Of a DNA stretch of 64,000 nucleotides, positions 32,673-42,054 are shown piece by piece (position 1 is the stretch's first letter; every line of letters starts with the position of its first letter). The position numbers and the translations under genes are program-made. The notes beneath the pieces are model-generated. The model was not told the origin of the DNA and made no database searches. It saw only the letters and a list, made by a program, of their open reading frames with translations. The stretch covers positions 4,192,001-4,256,000 of the forward strand of contig CBDCJO010000002.1 in assembly GCA_965217865.1 (NCBI GenBank), given 5' to 3'. The DNA comes from Candidatus Latescibacterota bacterium (GTDB lineage: Bacteria; Latescibacterota; UBA2968; SICM01).

Positions 32673-33017
32673 GGTTCATCTCCAATTTCGGACCTGCAAT
32701 TGAGCAGCGACAACGCAGTATATCCCGATCTATTCCGGAGCTATACTAAACAGGTCTCTATCCCTTCCATTTCTTCTAACGTCCGCGCACTTGCGAACTG
32801 CCGGCCTGTCCTCCGGAGCTGCGGCCTGTCCTTCCGAAGCTCCGAAGGAGCGAAGGAGGAAGGAGCGAAGGAGGGAGGAAAGTTGGGTCGAGGGCCGTCA
32901 GGCCTGAGCCGCAAGTGCAGTTGTTATGGGAAGTTCCAGCCGGCTTCTTGACTATCTTCCCAAAAAGCATCAACTTCAGAATCGGATATTGGGTCTTAAT
33001 TTCAGAAGAGCGATCCT

Positions 33018-33668
33018 ATGGAAGATCTACAATCACTCATTAGACAGACGCGAGAAGGCAATCTCCGCGCATTTGGCTATGTAGTCCGAAGATTTCACGA
33101 CATGGCGGTCGGATACGCCTTCTCCATCCTGAACGATTTTCATTTGGCGGAAGATGTCGCTCAAGAAGCCTTTGTGCAGGCTTTCTCCAGGCTCAGTCAG
33201 CTTACGGCCCGCAGGAAACTGAAGGACATCATCACCAGCAAATTCGATGAGTTGTTGCCAGAAACTTCGCCAACACACACCTATCAAGGAGCCCAGCATA
33301 TGTTCAAAACGATGTTTCCCGAGCTGCACGTATCCGACGTCGAAAAGGCGGCGACCTTTTTCTCAGAGGCGCTTGGTTTCAAAAGAGGATTTACATACGA
33401 GGAGGAGGGGAATCTGGACTTCGTTGTAATGTCCCACGGAGACAAGACCATATACCTCCACCACATGCTTCCTGATGTTGAGTCCGAGCAACCACGTCGG
33501 ATGAGACTCTACTTCCAGCCGTACGACATTGATCGCCTTCACACAGAGCTGAAGTCAAAGGGGTTCCAGGTTTCGCAGCTTGAAGATGAGAGCTACGGGG
33601 CAAGGACGTTCACTCTGAAAGGACCTGACCAGTACGAGATTTGGTTCCAGCAATGGACATCGAACTAG
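33018..33668 (+). CDS. Internally deleted ECF sigma factor fused to a VOC/glyoxalase domain (inverted within its cassette)
   Basis: VRRFHDMAVGYAFSILNDFHLAEDVAQEAF jumps to TARRKLK; then PELHVSDVEKAATFFSEALGF...YGARTFTLKGPD. Confidence 0.75.
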   Translation: MEDLQSLIRQTREGNLRAFGYVVRRFHDMAVGYAFSILNDFHLAEDVAQEAFVQAFSRLSQLTARRKLKDIITSKFDELLPETSPTHTYQGAQHMFKTMFPELHVSDVEKAATFFSEALGFKRGFTYEEEGNLDFVVMSHGDKTIYLHHMLPDVESEQPRRMRLYFQPYDIDRLHTELKSKGFQVSQLEDESYGARTFTLKGPDQYEIWFQQWTSN

Positions 33669-33792
33669 AGTTACCTTGGGCTGGAATTTCCCATAACGTC
33701 TCGCGCATGTCCGCAGCGAGGATTTGGGAGGAAGCCGGTGGTTTTCTCCGGCTGTAGCCGGACATGCGCTGTTATATGAAGTTCGACCCCAT

Positions 33793-34539
33793 TCAATTAT
33801 ACTTTGTAGATATTTCATTGTACGATAAATTTCCCCCATAGATGTCAAGGGCAGAACCAACCGTAAAATTGATTTTGCTATTTCCATGCTTCTCTACTAA
33901 TGATATATCATTATATGATTTTATTCCTCCTGCATATGTTGTAGTAATAGGAGAAAATTCACCAAGCATTTTTATCAAATCTACTTCAACGCCTGACATT
34001 TTCCCTTCAACATCAACAGCATGCACTAAAAATTCATCACAATATTCTGATAAAAACAATAAGCAATCTTTATCAATTTTACAGTTTGTGAACTTGCTCC
34101 ACTTGTCGGTCATAATATAATAATCTGTCTCCTTTTTCCTTGAACTCAGATCTAATACAATATTATCTTTTTCAACAACCTTTCGGAGTTTTTTAAGATT
34201 ATTTAGATCAATTTCACCATTATTAAACACAAATGATGTTACAATTATATGTGATGCTCCTTTTGAAATATAATAGTCAGCATTTTCGTCATTAATCCCA
34301 CCGCCAACTTGAAGCCCTTTTGGGAACACTTCAAGGGCCTTTATTACTTGAGATTCATTTCCAGGGCCTAGCATCATAATATGACCGCCATATAGATTGC
34401 TGTTTTTAAACATTGTAGCATAATAGGTTGCTGGTTGAGTAGAAATAAAATTCTGTTTAATTTCATTGTCTTTTAATGTACTGCCAATAATCTGTTTTAC
34501 TAATCCATTATGAAGGTCAATACATGACCTGAATTTCAT
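33793..34539 (-). CDS. hisA: ProFAR isomerase, His6-like HisA type (cassette gene)
   Basis: KFRSCIDLHNGLVKQIIGST, LQVGGGIN, EFLVHAVDVEG, TYAGG, TVGSALDIYGG; very AT-rich. Confidence 0.88.
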   Translation of the reverse strand: MKFRSCIDLHNGLVKQIIGSTLKDNEIKQNFISTQPATYYATMFKNSNLYGGHIMMLGPGNESQVIKALEVFPKGLQVGGGINDENADYYISKGASHIIVTSFVFNNGEIDLNNLKKLRKVVEKDNIVLDLSSRKKETDYYIMTDKWSKFTNCKIDKDCLLFLSEYCDEFLVHAVDVEGKMSGVEVDLIKMLGEFSPITTTYAGGIKSYNDISLVEKHGNSKINFTVGSALDIYGGNLSYNEISTKYN

Positions 34540-34747
34540 TTATCATTACCTATTAGAAATATTATACAATGGGGTCGAATTTCATATCACGTTTCGGCTG
34601 TCCTGAACCGCGAAGCGGTTGGGTCGGAAGGAGCGAAGCGACTGGAGCCAGGAACAGCCTGATATTAATATAAAGGCCCTCGTTGTCAGGAGAGGTTATA
34701 ATTGAGATCCGGATATCTCAATCACCTTTCTCCCACAGGAGGGCCTT

Positions 34748-35791
34748 ATGCAATACGCAAGGATCGACTCGAACTATTTCTGTGGCATCGATCTCCACGC
34801 CAGAACGATGTTTGTCTGCATCATGGACAAGATGGGAGAGATTGTGTTCCAGCGCAACCTGAAAAACGACTTCAAGCTCCTGCTGCAGGTGCTGGAAACT
34901 CACCTCGGTAGCATCGCCGTCGGGGTGGAGTCAACCTTCAACTGGTACTGGCTGGCTGACGGGTGTCACAAGGCCGGGATTCCATTCTACCTGGGACACG
35001 CCCTGTATATGAAGGCGATCCATGGGGGCAAGAAAAAGAACGACCGTCTCGATTCCAGAATGCTGGCTGAGCTGATGCGCTGCAACCTGTTCCCGATGGC
35101 CTATGCCTATCCGCAAGAGATGCGGGCAACCCGGGACCTGCTCCGGCGAAGACACCGGTTTGTGGCCTTACGGGCTGAGTGTTACACCCACATCCAGAAC
35201 ACCTTCTCTCAGCAAGCTATCCTGGATCCTCTCAGCGACCAGGTCAAAAAGAAGAGCAACAGGAGAAAGCTGTGCGAACGTCTGGCCGACCCAGATCTGA
35301 GTATGTCTGTGGACTGCGATCTGGACCTGGTTGACTCCCTGGACAAAATGATCTACAAAGTCGAGAAGCAAGTCTTGGCACAGGCCAAACATCACGATCG
35401 CAATGTCCTGTCTATCCTGATGACGGTTCCCGGACTTGGGGAGATGTTGGCCATGACCATCCTGTATGAAATCCACACGATTGAACGGTTCAAATCCGCT
35501 TCAGCCTTCTCCTCCTACAGCCGGCTGATCAAAGTCGAGAGAGAGTCCGCTGGAAAGAAGACAAAGGACGGGAATAACAAAATCGGCAACCCACACCTAA
35601 AGTGGGCCTTCTCAGAAATCATCCTCGTCGCCCAGCGATGGTCAGAACCGATCAATAGATACTACGAGAAGCTCAAAAGCAAACAAGGTCCGGGAAAAGC
35701 CAAGAGCGTCATCGCTCACAAATTCGGCGTGGCCGCCTACCAAATGCTCAAAAACGGCCAGGCATTCGACGAGAAACGGTTTGTAGCATAA
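34748..35791 (+). CDS. IS110 DEDD recombinase/transposase
   Basis: GIDLH, VGVES, KNDRLDS, TVPGLG, ESAGK, KIGNPHLKWA. Confidence 0.93.
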   Translation: MQYARIDSNYFCGIDLHARTMFVCIMDKMGEIVFQRNLKNDFKLLLQVLETHLGSIAVGVESTFNWYWLADGCHKAGIPFYLGHALYMKAIHGGKKKNDRLDSRMLAELMRCNLFPMAYAYPQEMRATRDLLRRRHRFVALRAECYTHIQNTFSQQAILDPLSDQVKKKSNRRKLCERLADPDLSMSVDCDLDLVDSLDKMIYKVEKQVLAQAKHHDRNVLSILMTVPGLGEMLAMTILYEIHTIERFKSASAFSSYSRLIKVERESAGKKTKDGNNKIGNPHLKWAFSEIILVAQRWSEPINRYYEKLKSKQGPGKAKSVIAHKFGVAAYQMLKNGQAFDEKRFVA

Positions 35792-36270
35792 TGGGTGGGG
35801 CGGTTAACCCGGCGCCTAACTGGCAGGGCAACGTCCGGACAATAGCCCAGCTCATCGGCTTGATTGGGAAGCCGCCTTCACCCCTTATTTAGAACATAGA
35901 TGAGCGGATCTGAGACAGTCAGTCCGTCTGCCCCCGCGATGAACCCGAACCTAACTGGCGTTCCCCCTCATAAAAGGGGAGAACAGCCATCCTTCTTGAT
36001 TGGGACTCAAGGGGTACCGATTATTTTCTGGAGGGAGAGGACAATGCCTCTCCCAGGGCGCTCCACAGTATACCGTGAGAGGCGCTTGATTCCCGATACG
36101 TGTTTGGTGCAGATGGCTCACATCTAGCCCGGTTTGTGAAAATCAAGTCAGACCGACGACTGACAAAGATCCGAACATCGCCAAACCTCTTCGGATCGGC
36201 TCATTGCACGCCCCGAACGTTAGGGTCGCAAAAAAACGGTGAAAATCGTGATGGAGGAGTCTTTTTTTCT
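35792..36270 (+). ncRNA. Putative bridge/seek RNA region of the IS1111-type element
   Basis: ~480-nt non-coding right end with two copies of an aacccg..cctaactggc...cttgattggga framework; boundaries uncertain. Confidence 0.55.
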
Positions 36271-36366
36271 TGACCCGGGGCCTTTAATATGTGTTATGTG
36301 TCTGTGGCAGTTTTGCGATGAGTCAAAACAATAAAGGGGACACCATCAACTTCCCTGGTTTTTCTT

Positions 36367-36888
36367 TTAATCTATCACAATTCTCAGTAGGGTTTCAAAA
36401 CGCTTCTCCATATAGTGGACCTCAGGTGCATCTTCTCTTGGCCCCAAATCCTTCCATCCATACTTCAAATAAAATCTCGCCGCAACAGCATTCGACGGAC
36501 TGACATTAAGTCGGGCTCTCTTACATCCAAGCTGTTTAAAAAATAATCCTACATGCTTGTCGAGCAAATAACCCATACCTTTCTCTCGATATTCCGGAAT
36601 CAGATAATAGAGGTTGACATATCCTACAGCGGGGTCAATCCTCCATCTGCCCATCTCGATCTGACCAATGATCTTATCATCCTTCCAGACGTGGATACAG
36701 CTATTAGGAATCTCACCCATGCGCTGTCTGAGCCAGTTAATATATCTTTCGGCTCCTTTTCCATCGACCTCATGGAATCTCTCTGCCGATCCGAAACTGC
36801 AGATGTAAGAATCCTCTCTGAACTTGATGCACAAATCGGCATGTCGCTCCAAATCAATAGGAATGAAATCCAGATGGTCAACCTTCAT
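36367..36888 (-). CDS. GNAT acetyltransferase (cassette gene)
   Basis: LIPEYREKGMG, NAVAARFYLKYGW. Confidence 0.85.
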   Translation of the reverse strand: MKVDHLDFIPIDLERHADLCIKFREDSYICSFGSAERFHEVDGKGAERYINWLRQRMGEIPNSCIHVWKDDKIIGQIEMGRWRIDPAVGYVNLYYLIPEYREKGMGYLLDKHVGLFFKQLGCKRARLNVSPSNAVAARFYLKYGWKDLGPREDAPEVHYMEKRFETLLRIVID

Positions 36889-37256
36889 ACTTTTGTTCCT
36901 ACGACTATAAAATGGTCTTATTCACTGTCGAACAGGCATATCTGAATATCAAGATCGAATTGTGGCAAACCGGGCAAGGATGATGGGAGAACTGATTTTG
37001 TCCCCCTTGTGTTTTTCAGATCGACCCCAAAACTGCCATTGCACATAACGTCTGAACACTCCCGAAGGGGCCGTGTATCGGAAAAGGAAGCAGTGTTTTT
37101 TGCCATCAGCCAATGAATCAGTCACGGCCCTTTTGACCGAGCGCAGCGAGTCGGGAGTGGGTTGTTAAATGCTGGTGGCGCGCCCCCTTCACGGCGAAGC
37201 CCTAAACGGGGCGGAAATACAGCGCACCCCTTCACCTTGTTTTCCCTACTTCGATC

Positions 37257-37853
37257 CTAATCCAACTTCTCCCTCGCAATCTCCACAATCCGGCCTCGCA
37301 CCACCTGTACGTCCTGTTCTCGAACTGTCCCCAGAGATCCTATCTCATCTCGAATCAGGCCTGCCACACGCTCCGTCACATTCTGGAAAATTCGATCCTG
37401 CACGGCCTGGCTAGCCCCATTCAGCGCAACTGCCAAATCTCTCGTATTCAGCTCACGTAGCATCCCTTGTATTTCCCGGTCGCTCAAATTTATAAGATCC
37501 TCAAACGTGTTCACCTCACGTATCCGTTCCGATAACCGACTTACCTGCTCCATCTCTTCGGCCGAAAGCGACCAGTCGAACACATCCATATTCTCTTTCA
37601 GATGCCCCTCTGAACTCGCCTTGGGAATCACCACCATCCCCTGCTGCACCAACCACCGCAGTCCCACCTGCCCGGGGGTCTTACTGTGGCACTGGCCAAT
37701 ATTGATCAGAGCAGGCTCTCCCAGAATGCGACCCCTTCCTAACGGCGTATGTGCTGTCACCACCACGTTGTGTTCTCGACACCATCGCAACACGTCCCGC
37801 TTCTCCTCCCCGGGATGGTACCTGATCTGGTTCACGCTAATGGGTACCTCGCT
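37257..37853 (-). pseudogene. 5'-truncated aldo/keto reductase fused to a FliG C-terminal domain
   Basis: NQIRYHP, AHTPLGRG, IPKASSEGHLKENMDVFDWSLS, then TFEDLINLSDREIQGMLRELNTRDLAVALNGAS...IFQNVTERVA. Confidence 0.82.
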
Positions 37854-38075
37854 AACGTCCGAAGCTGCGCTTTGCCCACCATAGCTTCCATGGCCACCGA
37901 AGCTTCCCTGGCCACCGAAGCGTCAGCGAAGGTGGCAGAGTAGGTGGGCAGCAGCGGAGGAGGAAGTGGGTTGGTGCGGAGCGTAGCGGAGCCGTGAGCC
38001 ACATGTTAAATGCAGTGCAGGTTTAGCATGCACATTACCTGACGGGGCAAATCTTTGACTCTGCGTTGAAGAAAA

Positions 38076-39401
38076 CTACCCTTCCTTCGGTTTCTTGAAC
38101 CACCACGTGGCTTCAAGGTGTTTTGGAGGAGGGGGGTGGGGCAGCGGGATCCAGGCCCCGACATCCACATCAGGACCCGTAGTCCCAGAGGGCCGGATAT
38201 CATCAGACGGACTCCCGTCTCCGGAATACTTGATATATAGCTTTAGAAATTTCGTCTTTTGTGTAACAACATCAGTTCCAAGGAAATTGCGGATCGGGAA
38301 GAAAAGCTTTACCCGTGCCTCACGTGGGGAATATGTATAAGCTCCTGTTGATTCCTCAAGGGAATCGGTACCGGGAGATAAGCGCCACCCTTTCCTCCAG
38401 ACGATCTCTCCTGTATGGCGGACCTGCATTGGTTCGTGAGGCCGAACGATACCCATCTCCTCTACTTCAATGGGCTCATAGGCAGTTCCCTCATTGTCCT
38501 CCAAATAAATGGTCCAGTTCTTCAACGAAAGAAAAGAGGGCGCGTAAGGTGTTCTCACCTTAAGGCGGATGAAAATGGCGTTCTCAATCCGGTTTTTCGA
38601 CCAGTAAGCCTCACGGATCGTAGATAAGTTCCGACCCTTTGGATTGTAGTATTTGCAGATATGGTGGACTTCTGCCTCGACCAGGTCGGGCGACATCAGG
38701 GTGGCGGCCACGGTGAGGGGTGAACGAACAAGACGATTCTCCAGCCCTGGCCCATGCTTTCCACGGGTCGGCTGCCATAAATCGTCTGTAATGTGCGACT
38801 CACCTCGCAGGGGATCGTTTAAGGGCGCGTACGTTCTAACTATCCAAGTCTTCAGGAGGTCGGAGTAGGACTTCGACTGATCCTGCTTCTGGGGCTTGGT
38901 AAAACTGACATAGTAAACATCCGTTTGATTTGGTTCGTGCAGCCCAGCCCAGGTGTCAATGTAACAGAAAGGCATCTTTTGGTTAAACCGAAGGTCCAAC
39001 AGGCGATCCTTGCGTTTCGTCATATCATCCAGACGGTCCTGCTGCCGGCTGTCGAGACTTCCTCTGAAGTTGTTCAAGACTCTGTCGACTTCTGCGATTG
39101 CTTTCTTCTTTCTATCCCTTACCTCGTTGAGGTCTCCACTCATCCCTTTCCAGATAGCTGCTTCAGATGTCATCCTCGCATAGTCCCACTCGAAGGCCTT
39201 CAAAGTATTTCGGATCTGGGAAATCTTCCACCTTGCTGAATCCTGTTGCGCTGGGGATAGCTTTAGTTTCTTTGTGAGCTTTCGAAGGTCCAACAGATCT
39301 TCCGGTCCTCGACCATGACCATAGGCAACCAAAGCCGGAAAAATGATACAGAGCGCCACAAAGAACCGAGGCCAATGTGTGGTAGTACTTTTTCTCACCA
39401 T
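38076..39401 (-). CDS. Secreted hypothetical protein, 441 aa (cassette gene)
   Basis: Signal peptide; helical N-region (LKLSPAQQ...LDSRQQ); no recognised family. Confidence 0.75.
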   Translation of the reverse strand: MVRKSTTTHWPRFFVALCIIFPALVAYGHGRGPEDLLDLRKLTKKLKLSPAQQDSARWKISQIRNTLKAFEWDYARMTSEAAIWKGMSGDLNEVRDRKKKAIAEVDRVLNNFRGSLDSRQQDRLDDMTKRKDRLLDLRFNQKMPFCYIDTWAGLHEPNQTDVYYVSFTKPQKQDQSKSYSDLLKTWIVRTYAPLNDPLRGESHITDDLWQPTRGKHGPGLENRLVRSPLTVAATLMSPDLVEAEVHHICKYYNPKGRNLSTIREAYWSKNRIENAIFIRLKVRTPYAPSFLSLKNWTIYLEDNEGTAYEPIEVEEMGIVRPHEPMQVRHTGEIVWRKGWRLSPGTDSLEESTGAYTYSPREARVKLFFPIRNFLGTDVVTQKTKFLKLYIKYSGDGSPSDDIRPSGTTGPDVDVGAWIPLPHPPPPKHLEATWWFKKPKEG

Positions 39402-39858
39402 TCCCCCCTACCCTTGCTGTAGGTTGAATACCTGCATTGCATTTAATGTTCAGGGTTGCAGAAGTGGCCGTGCATTGGTAAAGATAAAAAAGTTTTACAG
39501 GAAAGTATAAAAGAAAAACCTACGGCCATTTTTGGGGTGGGTGGAAGGTGAGGTGGGGAACTGCAACCCGGTGTTAGACGCCGCGGGCTCCGCTTTTCAC
39601 ATCCTCATGATTTATTTAAGAGAGGCCTCAGTTCCCTTCGCGTTTCCACGGCAGTGCGCTTTGCTCAACGGCTTTTCGGACATTACCGAGCCAAATTGGC
39701 CATAACCAATCCGTCTCGCACCCGAGGGGCAGATACTTCTTGTCAATAATGTGCTTCTGCTCGCGGTCAACTTTGGCTTGGACATAGCGTTCAACCTGAG
39801 AGAAGGGAATCCACGCATAGGGTCCACTCTCAAAGTAGGATCTGTCATTTTTAGGTGT

Positions 39859-40059
39859 TCAAAGGCGACGGTGAGGAGCGCAGAACAGCATTTCGACACC
39901 ATTCCACATCCTCTCGCGGTCGGAGGTCAATCGGACATCAAGCTCGACGGCATCCACGCCAAGGTCAATTGCACGCTGAAAAGCTTGAATAGTATTCTCA
40001 GGTGCTTCACCAGGAGCACCTCTATGAGCTACGATCTCGAATTGATCCACTTTCTCCAA
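39859..40059 (-). pseudogene. Glycerophosphodiester phosphodiesterase N-terminal fragment
   Basis: IVAHRGA...PENTIQAF...[10 protein letters not shown], then similarity is lost. Confidence 0.75.
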
Positions 40060-40335
40060 GGCCGCTGTTTAATAACCGTTTATGAATTGCTCCCCCCCTT
40101 GCCCACTCTCGAATTACCACAAACCCTCATTTCGCCTAACGATTTCGCCGTGCCCGAACCGGCGGCTTGTCCACCGAAGCGGCGTCTTACCCACCGTAGC
40201 TTCCCTGGCCACCGAAGCGTCAGCGAAGGTGGGCAGCCGCGAAGGTGGAAGCCGGTTGGGCGAAGGGCGTAAGCCCGTAGCCGGGCACGGACGTGTTATG
40301 CGGCGTTAGCTTCCTCTCGTTCATCACAAGGGAAA

Positions 40336-40917
40336 TTAAGAATCCAACATTTTCCTCAAGTGCTGCAATACCAGTGTATCTCGTTTAGTCCAAAGCGGCG
40401 GATTCGCGGTCGGCGAATTAAGTAGAGCCGAGTTTTTCTGGATCGCATCATCGATTGTTACCCAGGTAGGAGTAAACTCCAGATCCTCTTCGTATTGATC
40501 CAAGGTTTGCTCTCCGAGCGTCGGCTCTACGTCACAGAGATAATAGTGGGATCTCATCTTAAAAACGTCGTAGTCTGCATCAGAAGCCGGACCGTAGGTT
40601 ACCATCTTTCCATAAGCACCACGAACAGCCGTAACCTTTGTCCCACACTCTTCACGTATTTCTCGAACAAGTGCCTCTTCGTGCGTCTCGCCAGACTCAA
40701 TGCCACCACCTGGAAACTTGAAATCGCCATTCTTGGGAGAGAATACCATCAGCAACTCACATTCACGAAGAATAATGCCCCGTACCGCATCTCTCAGACA
40801 TGTCCGACCACTGAGATCTAGGTCTTCCGGCCGAATCAGTTTTCCAATAACTTGCATATCGTATAACTCTTTAGTGATGTGATCGCGAGTTGATGCTACC
40901 AGAGGTTGATGAGTCAA
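40336..40917 (-). CDS. NUDIX hydrolase (cassette gene)
   Basis: KFPGGGIESGETHEEALVREIREECG; true start probably the internal MQVIGK. Confidence 0.85.
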   Translation of the reverse strand: MTHQPLVASTRDHITKELYDMQVIGKLIRPEDLDLSGRTCLRDAVRGIILRECELLMVFSPKNGDFKFPGGGIESGETHEEALVREIREECGTKVTAVRGAYGKMVTYGPASDADYDVFKMRSHYYLCDVEPTLGEQTLDQYEEDLEFTPTWVTIDDAIQKNSALLNSPTANPPLWTKRDTLVLQHLRKMLDS

Positions 40918-41219
40918 CTAAGTCTCTAACTAATGCCGCATAACGTTCGTGGATCTCTAAACCCGCCCGTGTTTTTTTGGCGGGTTGCCGAAGGCCGAAC
41001 GACCGAAGGGAGTGAGCAGAGATCCATTGTTATAGGATGTGCCAGCCCGGGGTGGGGTAGGGGCTTGCCAAGAACGGAAAGCTTCGGAGAATCTTCAAGA
41101 CGCAGATAGCATATCTCCTGGAGCATATGTCTCCACAGGGCCTCCTTCGCTACATCCAGCCCCCCTCATGTCCTGGTTAAACAGCGATCTCAGCCTGGGC
41201 TCTCCGAGGTTGCCTACAG

Positions 41220-41870
41220 TCAATATAGGACATTGAGCTTCTGCTCAACAATATGGGGGTTGTCACCGCTTTGAATCGACTTGATGCCCTCAAGGACTTT
41301 CCGATATTTCACCTTCTGTTCATGTAGCAAAGACTCCATCCAGGTGCTAAGAATTGCCTGAACCAGTTCTGGTTCCGTTCCATCCACGGCTAGCCGAACA
41401 GCCGTAGTCAAAAACTTATCGCCCGGGCTTTGCACCATATTTTCCAACGTCATGATGCCTTCTCTCCGAGCTATCTCGGCAAACCCGACAAACAGCCTGT
41501 TAATCTCATCGGAACCGAGCTCAGAGAGCGGACGCTTGATGGTGGTTCTTATCGCCCGTTTCGTAGCGAGGTATTTCTTCCCAAGCTTGGGCTTTTTAAG
41601 TTGCCTTACAGTTTTCACGATGGACAACTGCACATCCTCCACATCGCGCATTGGAATCGGATCGGAAATTTCCATTTCCTCTCTGACCATCGTCCGCACA
41701 CGCTTCGACATATTGCCAAATATTCGACCTTTCAGCTCCTTTGTCGCACCTTTCAGTGCAACAGCCAGGTCTTTCGTGTCCACCTCCCGTAGCATCAGCT
41801 GGATCTCCCGATCCGTTAGTTTCGAGAGATCGTCAAAGGTGATTTCATGGGTTGCTTGCGTCGCTGACAT
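41220..41870 (-). CDS. FliG C-terminal domain fused to the cytoplasmic part of MotA, no TM helices (cassette gene)
   Basis: AAGGAGG RBS; TFDDLSKLTDREIQLMLREVDTKDLAVALKGA...NMSKRVRTMVREEM (FliG_C); AEIARREGIMTLE...FLTTAVRLAVDGTEPE and LEGIKSIQSGDNPHIVEQKL (MotA). Confidence 0.85.
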   Translation of the reverse strand: MSATQATHEITFDDLSKLTDREIQLMLREVDTKDLAVALKGATKELKGRIFGNMSKRVRTMVREEMEISDPIPMRDVEDVQLSIVKTVRQLKKPKLGKKYLATKRAIRTTIKRPLSELGSDEINRLFVGFAEIARREGIMTLENMVQSPGDKFLTTAVRLAVDGTEPELVQAILSTWMESLLHEQKVKYRKVLEGIKSIQSGDNPHIVEQKLNVLY

Positions 41871-42054
41871 GATTATGTCCTCCTTATGAGTCGTTAAGGG
41901 TGGTCTGGGATGGCCGCCTCTTGTTTTTGGGCTGGCATTTCCTATAACGTTCAGTGGCTCACGAACCCGCGCCAGCGGGTTGGTGCGGAGCGCAGCGGAG
42001 CCGTGAGCCACATGTTATGAGAAGTGCTGCCCGAAGATACTTCCACAGCATCGC

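Larger units (their letters stand above)
34662..36291 (+). mobile_element. IS110-family (IS1111-type) element inserted in an attC site
   Basis: Sub-terminal IRs taaaggccc (34671) / gggccttta (36278); TG core at both junctions; long 3' non-coding end. Confidence 0.85.

Noticed and set aside
37257-41870. Remnant of a real flagellar operon
   Set aside because: The domains are partial, fused to unrelated partners, in separate attC-bounded cassettes, and have no structural flagellar genes around them.
41871-42011. 47-aa N-terminal extension of the FliG_C-MotA ORF in the track
   Set aside because: It runs through the attC site; a strong RBS points to the ATG at 41870.
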